A DNA stretch of 16,204 nt from Candidatus Hermodarchaeota archaeon (GTDB lineage: Archaea > Asgardarchaeota > Hermodarchaeia > Hermodarchaeales > Hermodarchaeaceae), in NCBI GenBank assembly GCA_016839805.1, contig JAEOTO010000049.1:1-16204 (forward strand), written 5' to 3'. Made by a program: the position numbers and the translations under genes. Within the stretch, counting starts at the first letter, position 1, and each line of letters starts with the position of its first letter. Below, in pieces: positions 1-8,121 of this stretch. The notes below the pieces were generated by a model. That model saw only the letters and a list, made by a program, of their open reading frames with translations. It was not told the DNA's origin and made no database searches.

Positions 1-23
1 AACAAGCATACTTGGCTTCAACG

Positions 24-191
24 AGGAAAAGCCGCAATGCAAGCCTAGAATTTTAAAAACCTCGATATCCCCGCTGGAAATCTGTAGCCACACCTTTCTC
101 CCAGGCGAGTGTGCTTCCCTTTGGGGCTGGCATGTGCCAGGGGTGCTGGGCGGGGAAAACGCGAGGCTAGGTGGCGGCTTATCATTTTTTT
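24..191. repeat. Dispersed intergenic element, copy A (MITE-like or small-RNA-like)
   Basis: TCCCAGGCGAGTGTGCTTCCCTTTGGGG (99-126) is identical to 14080-14107. Hairpin CTGGC-ATGT-GCCAG (127-140). Imperfect inverted ends AGGAAAAGCCGC (24-35) and GCGGCTTATCAT (174-185), 10/12, plus CCTAG (44-48) and CTAGG (167-171). Ends in a T-run. Confidence 0.75.
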
Positions 192-263
192 ATGCGAAGC
201 GCTAGCTACTTCTTTAAATGAAGAGATATTGAAATTGTAGACTATCCTTAGTTCGAATTGCAA

Positions 264-285
264 TTGTGGCTTATCACTTCTTTTT
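264..285 (+). repeat. Extra copy of the element's right-end motif
   Basis: TTGTGGCTTATCACTTCTTTTT matches 14162-14183 (TTGTGGCGTATCACTTCTTTTT) at 21/22. Confidence 0.75.
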
Positions 286-463
286 TCATTAGTGACTATT
301 TTAGCTATGAAAATCAACAAAAGGGCAAGAATTGTGATTAATAGTATGGCGAACTTGATTTTTTGTTAATTGATGGTGGTAATTCTTTTTAGCATGGTTT
401 GTTTTATTAGAATTGTTTCCAAACATCTATTTGGAGGGGTCTTTGTTGACTAATAGGGGGTTC

Positions 464-1057
464 ATGAATATTCTTTGGGGGGTATTAATTACTGCATTTG
501 ATTTTCGGGTTGTTGGCATTAATTTGTTACCTGACTTTGCTGGATTCATCCTGATTTCGATGGGGCTGGTTCAGTGTGCAGAGTATTCTCGTTCCTTTGA
601 GAGAGCAAAATATTTGTCGTTTGTGCTGATCATTGTTACTATTCCAGATATTGTTGAACTATTTATCGTCGATTATTGTTTCTTCCCCTATGTTCTGGTT
701 AACGCGTTGTGGCCGATTTATGCTATTGGGGGAGTATTGAATCTGGTCATGATGGGGTTTCTGTTAACAGGAATTCGAGAGCTAGCCATGGATGTGAAAA
801 TGCCAGAGCTAGCGCGAGATGTAAAATTTCTGTTGGGTGCTTATCTCATCAATGAAGGGGGTTTATTATCACTGTTCTTGTTTTCTCATGCCAGTTGTCC
901 ACAGTTGATATCGCCATACCTTCCAAGTTTTTTGATTGTTATACCGATAATTTTAGTTGGGATTGGCATTCCAATTTTTATTGGTCTTTTATATGTGCTG
1001 TATGAAGGTCATAAAATCGTCATGGAACTCTCGTCTCAAGCAGACATAATGATATAG
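464..1057 (+). CDS. Polytopic membrane protein of unknown function
   Basis: About 5-6 hydrophobic segments and an N-terminal 'INLLPDFAGFILI' motif. ATG at 464 is preferred over the in-frame TTG at 413. The stop abuts the stop of the convergent gene. Confidence 0.75.
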   Translation: MNILWGVLITAFDFRVVGINLLPDFAGFILISMGLVQCAEYSRSFERAKYLSFVLIIVTIPDIVELFIVDYCFFPYVLVNALWPIYAIGGVLNLVMMGFLLTGIRELAMDVKMPELARDVKFLLGAYLINEGGLLSLFLFSHASCPQLISPYLPSFLIVIPIILVGIGIPIFIGLLYVLYEGHKIVMELSSQADIMI

Positions 1058-1765
1058 TCAATAAATCGCCTCTGAATGAAGCGTACCCTGGTTGAATTTA
1101 TAGATTTCAGAAAGGCTTCGCTCCCTGAGATATCTTTTGTTTTTTACGCCATATAGGATTTCAGAGGAATATTGCCATATCTCAGGAAATTCCTTCCCGA
1201 CTTCACCGGCCAAAGCGATAATGAGGATGTCATAGCGGACAAATGGGGTTTCGTCACCATTCTTATCTGCAAAAACACTTTCAGCCGTCCAAGAAAGTCT
1301 CCCTTCATCCTTTTCAAATTTTTGATCCTTTAACCGAATCCCGATTCGTGCAATATGGTGGTCTTCATAGAACTCGAAGTCCCATCCCAGAAGAACCACA
1401 ATGACGTCATTATAATTCTTAAGATAGTCAAGTTGAAACACTTCTTGTCTTTGGAGCTTTCCCCCTTCAAAATCTGCTCCTGTTAAGACTCTCCTACCAT
1501 AATGGACATAGCTATTGGGTAATCCTAGAATCAGCCATTCTATTGTTGACTCAAAGGGATCGTCGTAGTTTTTGTCTAAAAAGGCAATCGATGCCTCCCA
1601 TTTTAAGATACCACCAGGGGGCCTGTGTTGGTTGTCTTCTATGAGAGTAGTTCGTAATCGAACATGTCCTATATGATGGTCTCCATTTCTGAATTTAAGA
1701 CGCCACCCAATAGGTAGAGCAACTACATTAAAGACGCCAGGAAGCCCTGTAGGCGGTATGGTCAC
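1058..1765 (-). CDS. Protein with two internal beta-rich repeats (H-type-lectin-like); probably the surviving 3' part of a longer gene
   Basis: Repeat 1 VVALPIGW.LKF..GDHHIGHV...GILKW...FLDKNYDD...WLILGL aligns with repeat 2 IVVLLGWDFEF..DHHIARI...GRLSW...FADKNGDE...ILIIAL. The fold assignment is inference. Confidence 0.7.
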   Translation of the reverse strand: MTIPPTGLPGVFNVVALPIGWRLKFRNGDHHIGHVRLRTTLIEDNQHRPPGGILKWEASIAFLDKNYDDPFESTIEWLILGLPNSYVHYGRRVLTGADFEGGKLQRQEVFQLDYLKNYNDVIVVLLGWDFEFYEDHHIARIGIRLKDQKFEKDEGRLSWTAESVFADKNGDETPFVRYDILIIALAGEVGKEFPEIWQYSSEILYGVKNKRYLRERSLSEIYKFNQGTLHSEAIY

Positions 1766-2197
1766 AGATATTGGTGGTTCAAAATAATCTGTGTCTTAGT
1801 CTCCATTCCTACATAATGGACAGAACCAAAAGAACATTAGTACGCCTATTAGGATTAGTATTAACCATTGGATCACACCCAATTCCACTCCAAAGCTCGA
1901 TTAGATGCGGTACAGTATTAGTCTTTCGCGCAAAAGAAAAAATGTTAAGAGGCCGACCACTTGGACCAATTGTAATCAGATTATTAACCTGTATTTCAGT
2001 CAACAAAGATTACCGTCATAAATGAATTCTAGATAGATGAAATACCGAGAGATGACTACACAGTTGCCCACGGGCAACGCTTCAATTTCTGAATCCGGCG
2101 TGTAATTTGAGTCCTTTAAATGCCCTATAGTTCGTTTTCTCTTCAAATAATCTGTGTTTTTGAATATGTTCAAGAAATTTCGAGCGGGGTTAAACAA
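1766..2197 (-). pseudogene. Decayed N-terminal third repeat of the 1058-1765 gene
   Basis: ORF 2000-2197 is in the same frame as 1058-1765 and carries TDY...EALPVG...DGNLC* (compare TDY...VALPIG...GILKW). AAATAATCTGTGT occurs at 1782-1794 and 2145-2157, 363 nt apart. In-frame stops include 2000-2002, 1976-1978 and 1796-1798. Confidence 0.6.
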
Positions 2198-2250
2198 GCT
2201 GTATTAAGGATGAACATCGGAAAAGTTATGCACGTACTCAGGGGAGAATG

Positions 2251-2877
2251 TCAGGTGTCTTTTTTGTCACGCAAAATTTTTCTGATAACCAAGACTCCGA
2301 AGCTAAATGAAAAAATGACAAGACCTTTCCATATGTGGTAAAACGCATTGGGAATGCTGTTAGTGATTACATGTAAGAAGATTGCCACGAAAATTCCGGT
2401 TGGAAAGAATCCAGCCCATCCTGTCATGCTCCCATGCGCCAGCATATGTGGCACCAGATAATAAAGTCCAGTTGCATGATGGCTGATAACTCCCTCGAGG
2501 AATCCAAATCCTGCTCCAATGAAAAACAACATAGCAATTACTACATATTGTGTTATTTCAATTCCCCAATACCGTCGAAATAAATATACCGTCATTAGAA
2601 ACGGGAGTACCTTCAGAGATTCTTCGACAATCGGAGTAAGCGTGATCACCCTAAACTCATATGGAAGTCCAAGAAAATACTTCAGAAATGGAAGCTCAAT
2701 AATCCATGCACAAACATAAGCCAAACAAGAAAACCCAATCACCCATGCAATAAACAGTAGGAAACGTACAACTTTCGGAAACCAGGCAGAAACTTCCATC
2801 GATCTGTTGCATAATGTTGCTTCGGGTACTTCCGTTACATTATACTGTCTAGCAATATAGTGCGTAGTTATCATCAC
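2251..2877 (-). CDS. prsW: PrsW-family (M82) intramembrane glutamic/metallo protease
   Basis: Motifs PIVEESLK (EExxK), GAGFGFLE (FxxxE), HMLAH and FLHVITN (HxxxN) set in transmembrane helices. Confidence 0.8.
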   Translation of the reverse strand: MMITTHYIARQYNVTEVPEATLCNRSMEVSAWFPKVVRFLLFIAWVIGFSCLAYVCAWIIELPFLKYFLGLPYEFRVITLTPIVEESLKVLPFLMTVYLFRRYWGIEITQYVVIAMLFFIGAGFGFLEGVISHHATGLYYLVPHMLAHGSMTGWAGFFPTGIFVAIFLHVITNSIPNAFYHIWKGLVIFSFSFGVLVIRKILRDKKDT

Positions 2878-2906
2878 CGATCATGATTCGTTTACAATTC
2901 ATTCAT

Positions 2907-4052
2907 CTAGATGTTTTCAAAGATGCCTTTTTGAATTTGAACCCGAATTCCGTTGTCAAACTTAAGCCATTTCGGGGTTATTTTGAAAGTTTCAGCTCCA
3001 CTTCGCATTATACGTACAGTTTCAGATTTACCAGGATACGATAGTTCGTATACTCCCTTATTTTCATCGAGGTCCCAGAACCAGTCTAATTGCCAACGTA
3101 GCTTGCTTGGTAATTCTACACAACAAAACCGAACTATGGGTAGGCCACTCAACTGAAATAGCATGAGCCTTTCCTTAGTAAGCCGATAAAATGGTTTCTC
3201 AATTGGGATGGAATTTTGTGGAGACAGAAAACGGGATTGAATGTTTAATTTCTCATCCATGAATATAGCCTGATACTTAGGAACTCTACGTAGTTCCTCT
3301 TCTATTAGTTTTTGTTTTTTCTGGCGCTTAGATTTCACCTTAGGATTAGGTGGTGGAAAACAAATTTGACATAGTCGAATTGAACCATAGCGATCCAGTT
3401 TCTCAGGAGTGAGTTTTCCACTTTTTATGAGCACTTGCACTCCTGGCGTTTGATTGAATACTAACTTCTCCGAATCCATTGTTATATGGATGTCTGCAGC
3501 ATCAATTGACCATGACATTTCCCCTACTTTTATTGGTTTACCACAATCTGCACAAATGTAATCTATACCTGCCCGTCGCCAATGGGCATGGAAACCTCGT
3601 TCTTCGAGTCGTTCCATAGCAATAGTGTGCATAACTTTTGTGAGATTTCGAAGAGCAACACCATATTCCCTGGTGTTAGTAAAAGCAACGATTGTCTTAG
3701 TATCCTTTGAATAGTATAAGTCATCAACACGTTCAACCTCTTCAAAGACGCGTTTAGCAATAATTTTCATCGACGTATCTAAATGAAAGAACCACAGGTC
3801 AGACCAAAAATAGTTCTCACTGATTCCATCAATTTTTCCGGTGCCAAATGCTGCCCTACCTTCATTGAATGCTTGGTACCTTTCTTTCATTCCACTCAGT
3901 TCATTTCGTCGCCGAAAATCGGAGGCAATTACTAGATGGCGGTTTGCCTGTGGTCGTGACTCAACTTTTCGAATATAGGATTCAGGAGTAGGTCCAATTT
4001 CACGTGAAACAAATTCCTCAAAGTGCTTCATTCGTTTGGTCACTCTTAACAC
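2907..4052 (-). CDS. Hypothetical protein with a probable C4 zinc finger
   Basis: 381-aa ORF. WRRAGIDYICADCGKPIKVGE ... LCQICF gives two CxxC pairs, followed by a basic stretch KVKSKRQKKQK. Starts 24 nt after the rad50 stop. Confidence 0.75.
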   Translation of the reverse strand: MLRVTKRMKHFEEFVSREIGPTPESYIRKVESRPQANRHLVIASDFRRRNELSGMKERYQAFNEGRAAFGTGKIDGISENYFWSDLWFFHLDTSMKIIAKRVFEEVERVDDLYYSKDTKTIVAFTNTREYGVALRNLTKVMHTIAMERLEERGFHAHWRRAGIDYICADCGKPIKVGEMSWSIDAADIHITMDSEKLVFNQTPGVQVLIKSGKLTPEKLDRYGSIRLCQICFPPPNPKVKSKRQKKQKLIEEELRRVPKYQAIFMDEKLNIQSRFLSPQNSIPIEKPFYRLTKERLMLFQLSGLPIVRFCCVELPSKLRWQLDWFWDLDENKGVYELSYPGKSETVRIMRSGAETFKITPKWLKFDNGIRVQIQKGIFENI

Positions 4053-4076
4053 AACTGATCAGGAGTTATTCAATCC

Positions 4077-6869
4077 CTATCTCTCGATTTTTGATTTTCC
4101 ATCGATTTTACTGACCCGAATTACCTGATCCGCTGCACTATCAAATTCTGGTTCGTGTGTGACCGTGATGAGCTGTCGAGTGGGTCGGGTTCTTTCAAAA
4201 ACCGAAATTAATTCCCGTTTTCTGGTTTCATCTAGGTGAACAGTTGGTTCATCCAATAGTAGGAGGTCTTGGGTGGTCTGTGCTTGAGCAAATGCCAGTC
4301 GAATCGCTAGTGAGGCTAAGACCTGTTCTCCACCCGATAAGTTGTTGATTTCCTCTTCTTGTCCATAGCGTGATACAAGAATGTCGTAGTTTTCATTGAT
4401 GCGGAGGTTGTCGTATTCGCCACTATCGATTAACCCGATGAAGAGGCGGGTAGCTTGACTAGAAACACGTGATACGTGCCGCCGGCGGAGAGGTGGTTGA
4501 ATATCCCGAAAGAACTTGCGAAGCTGTTCTAGGATTTGGCGTTGTCCATCTGCCCGTTCAAGTTGTGAATTGAGTTCTTGGAACTTACTATCCTTCTTTT
4601 CAAGGTCATCTACTAATTTGGTTTGTTGGGGAATTTGCTCATCGCTTAATTTCCTTAGACTCGCATTAATCTCGCCAAACTGGCGTGTTAGCCCCTCATG
4701 TTGCGAATTGATTTTACTATGATGGTCCTCATCATATTTGGCTGATGCCTGTTCTAGCTGTTTACTCACTTTGGTGAGTCTGTTACGGTTCTTATTTCTC
4801 CGCTTGACCTGTTTAATCAAGGATCTAAAGTGTCCGCGGACAAAGACTAGTTGATCCCTTTTTGCATCAAGAGTCTGTTCATGTTCCTGTGCAAGTTTGA
4901 ATTGTTCTTCATCAAATTGGACACTCAACTCTTGGACCTGTTGACTGTGTGCCGTCATTCTCTTTCCTACATCATCTAGACCTTGTTCAGCTTGAAGATA
5001 CTGACCAAGTTGTTTGTCGAGTTGCTGGAAGGATTCCAATTCCTTCTGGTGTGTTTCTAGTTCCTTACCAGATTTTTTGACTTTTTGGGGGAGTGTTTCA
5101 AGACGTTTGAATTTCTGTTGCAATCGTTTGATATCTTTCGTGGCTTGTTTTTCATCACTTTGAATTGTTTGGAGTTCTTCAAGGGCTTGTTTAGCGAGAC
5201 TGCAACTCTCCTTTGTTTGACGGTTTTTATTTAATTCAGCTTCATCCAGGTTGTATTTCTTTTGGATGACCTCTCGTTCGCGTGAAGCAGCTTCCACCTC
5301 TATTGATAATTTGGCTTGTTTCTCTTCAAGTTGAGCTATAACACGAGTAAGGTGTGCTTCTGTTACCTTTTGTTGACAGAGAGGACAGACTCCCTCCATT
5401 TTCTTCGCTTGTTGAATATCCTCTTTGATACTGTAAAATTGTGTTTCCAATTTTGTGTATTGCCTTTCAATCTTCTCCTTTTGCTTTTTCATCCGATTGA
5501 AGGACTGAGTAGCTGTCTTCAAATTCTCAGAAATTACTCGTTCATCAAGTGTGGCAAGCTCCATCCAGTTCGGTCCGAGCTGTTTCGTTCTTCGGTCAAT
5601 CAACTTTTCTAATTCGCTTTTTTGTTTCGAATGTTGTTTTTTTGCGGTTTCTAATTGGTCTTTTGTGGATTTGTAGGTCTGCATTTTTTGTTGAAGTGTT
5701 TCGTGTGCTTTTTGGTGCTGTTTTCTTACTGCTCTTGCCTTTGCCAGTCTTTGTTGAAGAAGAGTTTGCCATTCATTTTCTGGCTTTTTTCTTAGAAAGG
5801 ATGCGTCGTCTAAGAGTTCCTCGCGGAGAGTGCCCACTTGTTCCTCTTTTTCCCCATATTCGTGTTTTGTCCTTTCAAGGACTTCAGTTGCTCCTGTTAA
5901 CTGGGTCTGGAGTGTCTGGAGTGCCTTCACTTGTTTTCTAGCTGTCGTTAGGTCTTCTTGGGTTGTTTTGAATTGGGCTTTAACGGAGTTGAAGAGCGAT
6001 TCTAGTTTCGTAACTTCTTTGGGTAGTGGATCTTCCCATCGTTTCTGTATATCCGATAAGGTTTGGTTAACTAAATTCTCGTCTTCTTCCAAATTCTCCG
6101 CAATTGTAGTTTTATTTGCAGATAGTTCGGTGATTTCTTTTTCTAGTTGATCAAGTTGTGACTTTTCTTCAGTTATTGATTGGAGTGTTGTTGATATTGA
6201 ATCATATTCGTTTGTTAGTTCCACTTGTTCATCGAGGAAGGTTTTCAGTTGTTTTTTGGCTGCCGGGAGTTCTGTGATTATCTCTTGGAGCGTATCCCGT
6301 TCTTTTTCCATTTGTCCACTCTGAAATCGGTGTTCGGCAATGACATCGCCTAAATTGCTCCAACACTCTTCGTACACATCCAGTCCAAGCAGTTTATCGA
6401 ACAATTTCTTCCGTTTGTGAGGAGGAAGTTCGGCGATTTCAGGGATTTCTCCCTGTTTGATCAGGATTAGATTATTGAAGGTATCCCGATCGATACCAAG
6501 AATGTCTTCAATCTCAGTGGTTACTCCAGATTGTTTCTCAGCAATGAGTGTGGGTTTTCCAATTTGGTGAAGAGTTGCTGAAGGTGATACAGAACCACTC
6601 GTGCTGAGATTGAGTTCCCGATGTACCTCGTAGGATGCACCATTTGATTTGAACTGAATAGTGATTTGCCCATTCGTTTTACCACGTCGAACTAGATTAG
6701 CATTCGTCCGTCCTGGAAAAAGACCGAAGAGTCCATACAGAATTCCTTCAAGAATCGTTGATTTCCCCGCGCCATTTTCTCCAATAATGATGTTGTTTCC
6801 TGAAGCAAAATCTATAGTTGTGTCATCGTAGGATTTGATATTACGGAGGCGGACTTGTTCAATGATCAT
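4077..6869 (-). CDS. rad50: Rad50 (SMC-like ABC ATPase of DSB repair)
   Basis: Walker A GENGAGKS, Q-loop IKQGE, long coiled coil with central zinc hook CPLC, signature LSGGE, Walker B/D-loop LLLLDEPTVHLD, H-loop VTH. ATGA overlap with mre11. SD GGAGGT. Confidence 0.97.
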   Translation of the reverse strand: MIIEQVRLRNIKSYDDTTIDFASGNNIIIGENGAGKSTILEGILYGLFGLFPGRTNANLVRRGKTNGQITIQFKSNGASYEVHRELNLSTSGSVSPSATLHQIGKPTLIAEKQSGVTTEIEDILGIDRDTFNNLILIKQGEIPEIAELPPHKRKKLFDKLLGLDVYEECWSNLGDVIAEHRFQSGQMEKERDTLQEIITELPAAKKQLKTFLDEQVELTNEYDSISTTLQSITEEKSQLDQLEKEITELSANKTTIAENLEEDENLVNQTLSDIQKRWEDPLPKEVTKLESLFNSVKAQFKTTQEDLTTARKQVKALQTLQTQLTGATEVLERTKHEYGEKEEQVGTLREELLDDASFLRKKPENEWQTLLQQRLAKARAVRKQHQKAHETLQQKMQTYKSTKDQLETAKKQHSKQKSELEKLIDRRTKQLGPNWMELATLDERVISENLKTATQSFNRMKKQKEKIERQYTKLETQFYSIKEDIQQAKKMEGVCPLCQQKVTEAHLTRVIAQLEEKQAKLSIEVEAASREREVIQKKYNLDEAELNKNRQTKESCSLAKQALEELQTIQSDEKQATKDIKRLQQKFKRLETLPQKVKKSGKELETHQKELESFQQLDKQLGQYLQAEQGLDDVGKRMTAHSQQVQELSVQFDEEQFKLAQEHEQTLDAKRDQLVFVRGHFRSLIKQVKRRNKNRNRLTKVSKQLEQASAKYDEDHHSKINSQHEGLTRQFGEINASLRKLSDEQIPQQTKLVDDLEKKDSKFQELNSQLERADGQRQILEQLRKFFRDIQPPLRRRHVSRVSSQATRLFIGLIDSGEYDNLRINENYDILVSRYGQEEEINNLSGGEQVLASLAIRLAFAQAQTTQDLLLLDEPTVHLDETRKRELISVFERTRPTRQLITVTHEPEFDSAADQVIRVSKIDGKSKIER

Positions 6870-8110
6870 TGCTCTACCTCCTGAGCGTGAGTGCGTTTTG
6901 GCTTCTTACTTCTCTTTTTTTTGGGGGTTGTGAATTTGTCAAGACGCTCTAAGGCCTTGGAAACAGTGTCTGGCTGGTTTTCTTTGAGAATTTCCATCAT
7001 GTCGGTGACTAAAAGTTTCCAGGTTTTGACTGCTGTTTTTTTGATTCCCAGTTGTTTTCTCAGGACTTCTTCAATGACTTCCTCAAAGGTGGCTTCTTCC
7101 TTAATAGAGAGAGTGGTAGTTTCAAGTTCATTGGTGATGTTACAGAGGAGTGCTTGCGTGGCAGCAGTGCCAATGTTACTGGTGTTAATGAAGGCAAAGG
7201 TGTCTCCACGCAGTCGTCCGCGAAGCACGCCCCGCAGGATTGCACCTGGTTCATCATGCTGCTTAACAACTTCACGAGCCTGAGGTTCAACTTCATGTGC
7301 TTCAATTACTCCCAAATTAATTTCAAAGGCTTTCTTCGGACGAGTTGGCACCGTCAGCCGTTGAACATCCACTGTCCAACTCTTGGCTTTTATTTGCGGA
7401 GTGGCGGTAACTAGGTTTACTCCTCGATCAGGATCATCCCATTCTGAGACTGAAGTATGTTCAATCGCTCCGGGCGCATATAATCTGGCATTATCATCGC
7501 GAAAATACCCATGGTAATGACCAAGGGCGATATAATCAAAATTCTCTTGTGTTAATATGTAAGCAGAAATATCATACTGAGGAACCATTCCTTCTATGAA
7601 GACATGAGCCATCAGGATTTTAAGAACCCCTTTTTCTTCGAGCAGGGCTTTGTTTTGCTTCAACACTTCGGTTAGTTTTTGTTCTGTGTTCCGTCCGTAA
7701 TAGCCAACGCCACAAATACAGGCTTTGGGTTTCCCCTTTTTTTCAAATGTGACGACCTTATCACGGATGTAAGTGATGAGACCGACATCCTCCAATAAGT
7801 GTAAGGCATCACCTCCTAAGCGTTCGGAGCGGGCATACGAGGCATCATGGTTTCCCCTGATGGCATAAACAGGGATACCTGCATCACGGAATTTAGTGAA
7901 AATCTGTAATGCTTGACGGATAGCTCCAGGATAAGGACGCGAATCATGGAAAATATCCCCGGCAACCAACACAAAATCGGGCTCGTATTCCAAGGCTTTT
8001 TCCGTTGCATGAAGGGCGGCTTTTCCAAAATCCTTGAGTCTTTCCGTGAGATTATACTGCCGGTAGCCTAAATGGAGATCTGCCATGTGAACGAAGCGTA
8101 ATTCACCCAT
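6866..8110 (-). CDS. mre11: Mre11 nuclease (calcineurin-like phosphoesterase)
   Basis: Motifs DLHLG, GDIF, GNHD, MAH and LGHYH. Adjacent to rad50. SD GGTGA upstream. Confidence 0.96.
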   Translation of the reverse strand: MGELRFVHMADLHLGYRQYNLTERLKDFGKAALHATEKALEYEPDFVLVAGDIFHDSRPYPGAIRQALQIFTKFRDAGIPVYAIRGNHDASYARSERLGGDALHLLEDVGLITYIRDKVVTFEKKGKPKACICGVGYYGRNTEQKLTEVLKQNKALLEEKGVLKILMAHVFIEGMVPQYDISAYILTQENFDYIALGHYHGYFRDDNARLYAPGAIEHTSVSEWDDPDRGVNLVTATPQIKAKSWTVDVQRLTVPTRPKKAFEINLGVIEAHEVEPQAREVVKQHDEPGAILRGVLRGRLRGDTFAFINTSNIGTAATQALLCNITNELETTTLSIKEEATFEEVIEEVLRKQLGIKKTAVKTWKLLVTDMMEILKENQPDTVSKALERLDKFTTPKKKRSKKPKRTHAQEVEQ

Positions 8111-8121
8111 CTTGTTTTCAC

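Noticed and set aside
45-320. 91-aa minus-strand ORF, and 14024-14248 which shares the peptide-level signal
   Set aside because: Both run through the non-coding repeat in different frames, so no protein is conserved.
2063-2078. Palindrome GTTGCCC-AC-GGGCAAC, similar to GTTGCCC-T-GGGCAAC at 12878-12892 and to the eukaryotic RFX X-box
   Set aside because: The spacers differ, one copy lies inside relic coding sequence (ALPVGN), and two instances are too few to call a site.
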